Source: a virus (taxonomy: Duplodnaviria > Heunggongvirae > Uroviricota > Caudoviricetes). From it: DNA of 8,018 nt. Position 1 is the first letter of the stretch, and the number at the start of each line of letters is the position of its first letter. The position numbers and the translations under genes were made by a program. The notes beneath the pieces were generated by a model. That model did not search any database and was not told the origin of the DNA. It saw only the letters and a program-made list of their open reading frames with translations. This document shows, in pieces, positions 1 to 8,018 of this stretch. The stretch lies in the IMG/VR virus record IMGVR_UViG_2663763286_000023. One strand, given 5' to 3'.

Positions 1-211
1 CGTAATTCAGATGACCCTGTTCGAGCAGGTATTCGCGGATATCAGACAACAGGATACGGTGAACCGCGTTCTTGTCCTTTCTCCGGTAAAGTTGTTTGGT
101 GATCATGAAGTAGTTGGCAATAACGCCTGGTATATCCCTGGTGCTGATACAGGCAGTGTGCTGTTCAATTGCCTCGATCATCTCTTCACGGGTGACTAAT
201 GACGTTCTCAT
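1..211 (-). CDS. 5' part of the antirepressor-like ORF (first 70 codons), running off the window edge; the same gene as 6778-7890 if the unit is circular or tandem, otherwise a paralogous copy
   Basis: ATG at 211-209 on the minus strand, preceded by AGGAGG (complement of 215-220). The open frame continues to position 1 and is identical to 7680-7890. Confidence 0.55.
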   Translation of the reverse strand, partial: MRTSLVTREEMIEAIEQHTACISTRDIPGVIANYFMITKQLYRRKDKNAVHRILLSDIREYLLEQGHLNY

Positions 212-339
212 AGCCCCTCCTGAGCAGAAGCGTTAACAGGGAGGCACCAGTAACTGAGAGAATTGCGCAAATCGGTAGAAAAGCGGGCAGAGAAAATACA
301 GGGAGCATCCGGAAGCTGAGAACGTGCCTCATCTTCTGT
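1..339. repeat. Direct repeat, copy 1 (identical to 7680-8018); both copies are cut by the window edges, giving a period of 7,679 bp
   Basis: Base-by-base reading: 1-339 matches 7680-8018 with no mismatch. Copy 1 starts at the window start and copy 2 ends at the window end, so the true repeat may be longer. Confidence 0.95.
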
Positions 340-862
340 TGGTGCGATAACGAAGTGATAGTGACGTTTCTGGCAGGAGTAAAAGCGCCAGATAAATTCA
401 GGGCGTGCGCAAGGATTGGCATTAACCATAGTTACGGCCTCATGTACAGGTTTAACAACCTGCTACCCGCTGCTAAACGGGTGGCAGGACGTGACGGGGT
501 TAGCAGACTGGCGTACATGAAACCAGCAGGCCGAAGCCTCCCCATCACGCCCCACCATAATTCGGGCGTAATGCGGTTTTACGGACATAAAAATACCGCA
601 ATATCGGAAATCTGCGGTTGTCCGCATGTACATTCAGGCTGCTAAACCCGGTCGCAGAATTTGCTACGACGTAGGAACTATAAGCCTGAACAACAGGAAG
701 ATCAATAGTCTGGCGTCCAATAGTAGTTTATTTGTTCCAATAAATCAAATTTATTAGAGCAATAACAATCTAGTTGAATGTTTCCTCTCTGAGGTTGCAA
801 TGTGCACACTTAGTGTCTTATTTGTATGCACTAATAAATATATTATTTTTAATAATAAATAA

Positions 863-890
863 TTGACAACTGACAAGTGACTTCAGTCAG
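863..890 (+). promoter_or_regulatory. TTGACA hexamer followed by a cluster of TGAC repeats (TGACAAC, TGACAAG, GTGACTTC, then inverted GTCAG); candidate promoter, operator or iteron-like site
   Basis: Read directly from the sequence at the 3' edge of a very AT-rich stretch (about 700-860). No convincing -10 hexamer at canonical spacing. Confidence 0.25.
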
Positions 891-900
891 AATCATCACA

Positions 901-963
901 CGCCCGGTACGGATGGATCCCTTTTCAAATATTCCATGGACGGCACAGTCTGAGTACCGGGCG
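901..963 (+). other. Perfect 10-bp inverted repeat (CGCCCGGTAC at 901-910, GTACCGGGCG at 954-963) with a 43-bp spacer
   Basis: Seen directly. Lies in the presumed 5' leader or upstream region of the 1024-1668 gene. Confidence 0.4.
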
Positions 964-984
964 CTACCTTCAGTTGTATTGCTA

Positions 985-1012
985 AGCCGCCGCTGGTGGC
1001 TTTTCTTTTTTG
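985..1012 (+). terminator. Terminator-like hairpin and U-tract (stem AGCCGCC / GGTGGCT with one G-U pair, then TTTTCTTTTTT) just upstream of the ribosome-binding site of the 1024 gene; possible attenuator
   Basis: Stem 985-991 pairs with 995-1001, followed by a T-rich run 1002-1012, then GGGGGAG and ATG at 1024. Confidence 0.3.
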
Positions 1013-1023
1013 TAGGGGGAGCT

Positions 1024-1668
1024 ATGGATAAGAAAATATGCGTTGTTTCGATGAGCGTCGGCAAACCGGCGTCAATGACTGCTGCATGGATCAATAACGA
1101 GCTGATAATGGCTGAGCGGACCAGCTACCCTGAACGCCGCCGCGATATGGAACTCCAGCTGCTGCGCGAATTGCGAGAAAAAGAGGAGAAGGGTTTTATC
1201 GTGCTGGTGGAAGAGGAAAACAGCTTTATTACTGGTCGAGTTGGCCAGCGTGTAAGGTTGCGCGATCCCTTCATGAACGGCAGGCCGGTACTAATTGAGG
1301 CAATGCAGATTTATAAGGAGCTGGAACGCCAGAAAGCAATCAAGTTACCGCGCAAGGAATCCGGCAAATACATCCTCCACCAAAGCATCTTCGATTCCGA
1401 ACACGATAAAAAAGGCGATGAGTTTTTCAACATCAACTGGAGCGAAATAACGACAGAGCATGTTCTGACGTTGTTATGCTGCTTCGCAACAGAATACAAC
1501 AACGTGGTAAGCGCAGACTACATCAGGACAATGACAGACACCATTACTAAACAAGACAACGAATATTCACCATATGAGCCATTTGTAAATATGATAAAAG
1601 CATTTTATCGGATGGAGCTCGCTAAAGTTCCTCAAGGTAAATTAACAGGTAAGGATAACATCTTTTAA
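1024..1668 (+). CDS. Hypothetical protein, 214 aa, no family recognised
   Basis: ATG at 1024 preceded by a GGGGGAG Shine-Dalgarno-like run (1014-1020); stop TAA at 1666-1668. The six-frame ORF extends upstream to a GTG at 877, but that stretch overlaps the inverted repeat and terminator-like hairpin, so the 1024 start is preferred. Confidence 0.55.
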   Translation: MDKKICVVSMSVGKPASMTAAWINNELIMAERTSYPERRRDMELQLLRELREKEEKGFIVLVEEENSFITGRVGQRVRLRDPFMNGRPVLIEAMQIYKELERQKAIKLPRKESGKYILHQSIFDSEHDKKGDEFFNINWSEITTEHVLTLLCCFATEYNNVVSADYIRTMTDTITKQDNEYSPYEPFVNMIKAFYRMELAKVPQGKLTGKDNIF

Positions 1669-1721
1669 GCACAGTAATGAGGTGCTTAGACGTTCATATC
1701 AATATCCTAACTCTCTGCATC

Positions 1722-2411
1722 TCATAAATCTGATAGCCACTTACTATCTATGGACTCAATCTCCGTCAACGGAATTGATGGGAAAAAATATCCTTGAGCG
1801 CCCCATAGCCCTATCCCTTTTAATAACCTATAACAATCAATGTTTTCGACGCCTTCAGCGATGATATTCGGACATAACTTTTTTAAATTGCTAATAATGA
1901 CATCAAAATGAGGCTTAATCATATGCTCTTGCAAAAATGACTTATCAAGTTTTATTGCATGGTATTTATTTTTAATTAATGCTTTCATGGTGGCGTTACC
2001 ACTTCCAAAATCATCAAGCCAAACATTATCTGTCAAAGTCAGTAGAAAGGATATGACGTAATCCTCATCGCTTAAATCAGGATAGTTTTCTGATATCTCA
2101 ATCGCTATAAATTTATTGTTTATTAGTAGCTCTTGAATTTGTTTATTACCATATATATATAAACAGGTCTCATAATCTACATTGATAGAGCATAATATAT
2201 TATGGCATTCAAAAAAACACTTATATTTGATTATTGTGTTAAGTTGAGATGTTAGCAAGTTAATCTTCATCTTGCTTGTAAACATACCTAATACTCTCTG
2301 AGTAGGAAGAATAGCCCCCTCGTTGGAATAAAATCTGCTTAACACTTCCACTGCTATCAACTTGTTAGTGCTTGTGGAAATGATTGGTTCTACTATGTAG
2401 ATAACTTCCAT
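1722..2411 (-). CDS. Standalone EAL-domain protein (c-di-GMP phosphodiesterase family, YdiV/PdeH-like), 229 aa, with catalytic motifs apparently intact
   Basis: Translation contains EVLSR (EAL motif), NVD, IEISENYP, DDFGSG (DDFGTG motif), KLDKSF, AEGVEN (EGVE motif) and QGYFF. ATG at 2411-2409 with GAGGG upstream. Gene is about 30 percent G+C by eye. Confidence 0.85.
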   Translation of the reverse strand: MEVIYIVEPIISTSTNKLIAVEVLSRFYSNEGAILPTQRVLGMFTSKMKINLLTSQLNTIIKYKCFFECHNILCSINVDYETCLYIYGNKQIQELLINNKFIAIEISENYPDLSDEDYVISFLLTLTDNVWLDDFGSGNATMKALIKNKYHAIKLDKSFLQEHMIKPHFDVIISNLKKLCPNIIAEGVENIDCYRLLKGIGLWGAQGYFFPSIPLTEIESIDSKWLSDL

Positions 2412-2647
2412 GCTCCCACCCTCTATTTTTAAATTGCTTGATTTTGCTCAGATAACGAGCCCCCTATATTCACAAGAGTTACACTCTACTTTTGTAGATT
2501 AAATGTCAATTTATTTGTTTGCGATAATATTGAAAAATATCAATTAAAATAATCAACAAATGTGACATAAATCAATAATTTTATTTTTACACAACTTCTT
2601 GATTTCTGAGCCTGGTTATCTCTATTCTTATTCAAAGCCTCTTTAGA
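2412..2647. promoter_or_regulatory. AT-rich divergent intergenic region between the EAL gene and the AraC-family gene; presumed divergent promoters. A weak CRP-like half-site pair sits at 2561-2576 (TGTGA-N6-TCAAT)
   Basis: 236 bp of non-coding, very AT-rich sequence between two divergently oriented starts. Individual promoter hexamers cannot be assigned reliably in such AT-rich DNA. Confidence 0.4.
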
Positions 2648-3382
2648 ATGGTGGTGGCCATGTCAGCAGTTTGTTACTTCATACTCATAAAGAAACCTAT
2701 AAGCTTTCAATTTCTTAAGGATTTCTTGATATTAAATTATGGTGATGTGCTGTTGCTTAAGCATTCTGAGCATGAATGCTTAAAAATGTATTCAGACAAA
2801 TATATAGAATTCGAACTCAATGATAATACCGTAAGAAACTATTTATTATGTAACAACAACCATGGAAACCAATCGCTGGATAAGTGTCCACATTTGCTAA
2901 AAAAGTCTTTTGCCTATCCTGATTTATTAATCAGGATGATCGATAATATAAGCGACCAAAATCATATCCATTCTGATTTTAGGGAGGCAGTAACTTTTTC
3001 ATTACTCTCAATTTTTAATGATGTTGATAACTTTAGAGCATTTCTTACGTCTGGTATGCCCACTTTCTCAGGGAAAGTGCGCAGCATATTTCTTTCAGAT
3101 GTATCTAAACACTGGAAACTAAGAGACCTAACCGATTATCTCTACATGAGTGAAAGTTTAATAAAGAAAAAACTATTACTAGAAAACACCTCCTTCAGTA
3201 AGTTATTACTTGATACACGGATGGCTTTTGCTATTAAATTACTAAAGCAAAATCATCCAGTCAAACAAGTATCAGAAAGCTGTGGCTTTAGTAGTACATC
3301 GTACTTTGTGTGCCTGTTCAGGCAATATTATAATTGCACGCCACGTGAATATGCAAAACATCAGTTATTATCTGGAAAATAA
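2648..3382 (+). CDS. AraC/XylS-family transcriptional regulator, AppY-like (N-terminal sensing or dimerisation domain plus C-terminal double helix-turn-helix), 244 aa
   Basis: C-terminal region SESLIKKKL...TSFSKLLLDTRMAFAIKLL...SESCGFSSTSYFVCLFRQYYNCTPREY matches the AraC-family HTH signature and resembles AppY as recalled. Very AT-rich. An alternative start is the ATG at 2660, which has GGTGG just upstream. Confidence 0.85.
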   Translation: MVVAMSAVCYFILIKKPISFQFLKDFLILNYGDVLLLKHSEHECLKMYSDKYIEFELNDNTVRNYLLCNNNHGNQSLDKCPHLLKKSFAYPDLLIRMIDNISDQNHIHSDFREAVTFSLLSIFNDVDNFRAFLTSGMPTFSGKVRSIFLSDVSKHWKLRDLTDYLYMSESLIKKKLLLENTSFSKLLLDTRMAFAIKLLKQNHPVKQVSESCGFSSTSYFVCLFRQYYNCTPREYAKHQLLSGK

Positions 3383-3420
3383 GATGCATTTATCTCCCAG
3401 ATAATATTGTAATATTAAAC

Positions 3421-3669
3421 TCAGTCAGCATTTAGTAGCAGAGCATTATCTATGATGATCTGCTCCCATTCTTCGAATGCCCGATCGCGGACCCCCTGGG
3501 GAACACTGTTAGTTTTGAAATCGACGACCGTACGCCATTTCCCGTCCGGACGGTACATGCGCAGAGCTTTACTTCCCCCTTCCCTGCGCACCTCAACGTT
3601 ATGCTTGTCAGCAAACTCTTGTAATGCTCGTAGCGTCCCATGCTTTACTGTGTAGTATCGCTTTTTCAA
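3421..3669 (-). CDS. Small basic protein, 82 aa, TTG start; possible HicA/YcfA-like fold (speculative)
   Basis: TTG at 3669-3667 preceded by GGAGAG (complement of 3675-3680) with a 5-nt spacer. No in-frame ATG before residue 38. The segment GGSKALRMYRPDGKWRTVVDFKTNSVPQGVRDRAFEEW resembles the HicA pattern GSH..hPdG..tvP.H...l..Gtl as recalled, but the His positions are replaced. Confidence 0.55.
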   Translation of the reverse strand: MKKRYYTVKHGTLRALQEFADKHNVEVRREGGSKALRMYRPDGKWRTVVDFKTNSVPQGVRDRAFEEWEQIIIDNALLLNAD

Positions 3670-3857
3670 GTTTTCTCTCCAGCCTGTGCCAAGGCTTTGA
3701 CGTCGAAGTTATGTCCTATTCGGTTTTATTGTATCAGATAGTGTGGACATATTATTTCACGTCCGGCGTAGTCGGTCATAGCTTTTGCCTTCCACCTTTT
3801 CCACGCCGTATCTAATCGGCGCCCGATGAAATGTTATTGCACTAATATATTTCAATA

Positions 3858-3882
3858 TTTCGCTGACACTTGAACAGCGAAA
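3858..3882. promoter_or_regulatory. Perfect 8-bp inverted repeat TTTCGCTG-N9-CAGCGAAA, about 100 bp upstream of the portal gene start, between divergent genes; candidate operator
   Basis: Seen directly: 3858-3865 and 3875-3882 are reverse complements. A possible extended -10 (TGtTAAATT) lies at 3930-3938. Confidence 0.3.
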
Positions 3883-3971
3883 CACCACATAGATAGCTTG
3901 TTCATTGGTAATCCTTAACAAGTGACTAGTGTTAAATTCCGTTCAAACATGATGTGAATTGTTCTAATTAA

Positions 3972-6701
<2,730 letters not shown>

Positions 6702-6702
<1 letters not shown>

Positions 6703-6733
6703 CCACCAAAAATAACCCCGGCGGCTGCCGGGG
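6702..6733 (-). terminator. Rho-independent terminator for minus-strand transcripts (antirepressor gene): stem CCCCGGC / GCCGGGG with loop GGCT (6716-6733), followed on the minus strand by a U-tract
   Basis: Perfect 7-bp GC-rich stem. The plus-strand A-tract ACCACCAAAAATAA (6702-6715) reads as UUAUUUUUGGUGGU after the hairpin on the minus strand. Confidence 0.65.
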
Positions 6734-6747
6734 TATCTGAAATCACT

Positions 6748-6775
6748 GGCGGCCGAAAGGCCGCCTTTTTAATTT
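6748..6775 (+). terminator. Rho-independent terminator for the portal-scaffold operon: stem GGCGGCC / GGCCGCC with GAAA tetraloop, followed by TTTTTAATTT
   Basis: Perfect 7-bp GC stem at 6748-6754 and 6759-6765, GNRA-type tetraloop, T5 run at 6766-6770; 46 nt downstream of the stop at 6702. Confidence 0.8.
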
Positions 6776-6777
6776 AA

Positions 6778-7890
6778 TCACTCAGCCGCTACAGGCTTTA
6801 ATAAACCTGCATCGAGCAGTTTACGCGTCAACCACTGCTGGCCTTTACCCGTTAATTGGGGCGTCAGCCGTATCTGGTAACCATCTTCATCATCCAGCAC
6901 CACTTCTTTCACCGTGAAATACCCGGCGTTGATGTATTGCTGGAACGGCACATTTTTACGTCCACCGGACGCTATCAGGATGCCGTTCCCCCGTAACCAG
7001 GCAAACAACGCGTTTTGCTTAAGCCCAACAACCTTTGCAAAATTTCCAATCAGGATCCCCTTGGCCCCTGATACCCGGTCGGCAAAATCGACTTTAGGGG
7101 CGGCGGCCACCAGCTGCTGATTTAGCTGGTGGGCTTTCTGTTCCAGAAGTTGCTTTTGTTCAGCCAACTCGGCAGCCAGGCGCAAAGCTTCGGGAAGCGT
7201 CTGAGGGATTGCGACCGGTTGCTGTTCTTTTTGCCGGAAGTAGCTGTCTTCCAGTTTTTCAAAGAATGCCCATGCTTCATTTGTGTCCACGATCTTAGAC
7301 ATGCGTGCAGCGCCGCGCTCTGTCCAGAGTGTAAGGCTTCTGGCGTTCTTACCAACAGAGTAACTTCCGGTTACTCTGTTCTTAAATTCTCTTAATTTTA
7401 AACCAGTTAGAAGAAAGTAATGCTTACCTTCTTCAAAGCGGTCAAGGTTGCGAGACAAATTGTTGCGAATATTGGCTTCATCGACCCCATACCCTCTAGC
7501 AAGAGTTTCGGTTGTTACGACACGTACTCCCTGCCATTCCAGAACGGGAATTTCATCCGGCTGATTCTGAACAACCACCAGTTCCGATTCCTGAACTGAA
7601 GGTGCATGAATTTTTTCTGATTTAACGTTAGTTGCTTTCATTCTGTGTGCCTCCTTGCGTGCTTCGGCTGCGACGGTTGCGTAATTCAGATGACCCTGTT
7701 CGAGCAGGTATTCGCGGATATCAGACAACAGGATACGGTGAACCGCGTTCTTGTCCTTTCTCCGGTAAAGTTGTTTGGTGATCATGAAGTAGTTGGCAAT
7801 AACGCCTGGTATATCCCTGGTGCTGATACAGGCAGTGTGCTGTTCAATTGCCTCGATCATCTCTTCACGGGTGACTAATGACGTTCTCAT
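6778..7890 (-). CDS. Phage antirepressor (ORF6N/Bro-N-like N-domain plus KilAC/Ant C-terminal domain) with an 83-aa N-terminal extension; 370 aa from the upstream start, 287 aa from the internal start at 7641
   Basis: ORF6N-like segment VVTTETLARGYGVDEANIRNNLSRNLDRFEEGKHYFLL...LTLWTERGAARMSKIVDTNEAWAFF. KilAC-like segment ILIGNFAKVVGLKQNALFAWLRGNGILIASGGRKNVPFQQYINAGYFTVKEV...GYQIRLTPQLTGKGQQWL. Both in-frame ATGs have strong Shine-Dalgarno sequences: AGGAGG 5 nt before 7890, AAGGAGG 8 nt before 7641. Stop TGA at 6780-6778. Confidence 0.85.
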   Translation of the reverse strand: MRTSLVTREEMIEAIEQHTACISTRDIPGVIANYFMITKQLYRRKDKNAVHRILLSDIREYLLEQGHLNYATVAAEARKEAHRMKATNVKSEKIHAPSVQESELVVVQNQPDEIPVLEWQGVRVVTTETLARGYGVDEANIRNNLSRNLDRFEEGKHYFLLTGLKLREFKNRVTGSYSVGKNARSLTLWTERGAARMSKIVDTNEAWAFFEKLEDSYFRQKEQQPVAIPQTLPEALRLAAELAEQKQLLEQKAHQLNQQLVAAAPKVDFADRVSGAKGILIGNFAKVVGLKQNALFAWLRGNGILIASGGRKNVPFQQYINAGYFTVKEVVLDDEDGYQIRLTPQLTGKGQQWLTRKLLDAGLLKPVAAE

Positions 7891-8018
7891 AGCCCCTCCT
7901 GAGCAGAAGCGTTAACAGGGAGGCACCAGTAACTGAGAGAATTGCGCAAATCGGTAGAAAAGCGGGCAGAGAAAATACAGGGAGCATCCGGAAGCTGAGA
8001 ACGTGCCTCATCTTCTGT
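7680..8018. repeat. Direct repeat, copy 2 (identical to 1-339)
   Basis: Same comparison as copy 1. Contains the first 70 codons, ribosome-binding site and upstream region of the minus-strand antirepressor ORF. Confidence 0.95.

Noticed and set aside
11-199. 62-aa plus-strand ORF, and its longer duplicate at 7645-7878
   Set aside because: Both lie antisense to the 5' part of the antirepressor ORF, which has two strong ribosome-binding sites and coding-like codon structure. These are treated as shadow ORFs.
186-429. Minus-strand ORFs of 78 and 73 aa (186-422 and 208-429)
   Set aside because: They overlap each other and the antirepressor start region in other frames, with no ribosome-binding site and low-complexity translations. 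Likely spurious.
355-645. 96-aa plus-strand ORF (GTG start) in the GC-rich region
   Set aside because: It has no Shine-Dalgarno sequence, a GTG start and no recognisable protein features. It overlaps the hairpin and repeat-rich region, and its stop lies inside the repeated GCTGCTAAAC motif. More likely non-coding, but not excluded.
877-1023. Upstream extension of the 214-aa ORF to the GTG at 877
   Set aside because: The extension would translate through the perfect inverted repeat and the terminator-like hairpin and has a hydrophobic low-complexity stretch. The ATG at 1024 with a G-rich Shine-Dalgarno sequence is more plausible.
1666-1688. Hairpin TAAGCAC-N9-GTGCTTA overlapping the stop codon of the 214-aa gene
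   Set aside because: No U-tract follows on either strand, so it is not a convincing intrinsic terminator.
1682-1864. 60-aa plus-strand ORF
   Set aside because: It lies antisense within the 3' end of the EAL gene and has no ribosome-binding site. Shadow ORF.
3450-3815. Plus- and minus-strand ORFs of 63-67 aa (3450-3641, 3452-3655, 3624-3815)
   Set aside because: They overlap or lie antisense to the TTG-start small gene, or fall in the intergenic control region, without ribosome-binding sites. Likely spurious.
6914-7395. ORFs inside the antirepressor gene on either strand (6914-7120, 7122-7355, 7129-7395)
   Set aside because: They are embedded in the antirepressor coding region, which has clear domain signatures. 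Shadow ORFs.

Overview
The two ends of this 8,018-bp window are the same 339 bp (1-339 reads identically to 7680-8018), so the window wraps a 7,679-bp unit: a circular molecule, a tandem duplication or an assembly overlap. The unit is a mosaic of phage-derived and accessory genes. On the minus strand is an ORF6N/KilAC phage antirepressor (6778-7890) whose 5' end and upstream region lie in the repeat. On the plus strand is a translationally coupled two-gene operon: a lambda gpB-like portal protein (3981-5690, TTG start) and a 339-aa protein with a coiled-coil C-terminus (5683-6702, putative scaffold or prohead protease), closed by a pair of strong hairpin terminators. No terminase or major capsid gene accompanies them. 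A small TTG-start ORF (3421-3669) is divergent from the portal gene. A very AT-rich island (about 1670-3420) carries a YdiV/PdeH-like standalone EAL-domain protein with intact catalytic motifs, divergently paired with an AppY-like AraC-family regulator. A 214-aa protein of unknown function (1024-1668) follows about 800 bp of non-coding, hairpin-rich sequence. I recognised no rRNA, tRNA, CRISPR array, integrase or transposase. All homology calls come from recognising motifs by eye and from memory of reference proteins; none has been checked against a database.
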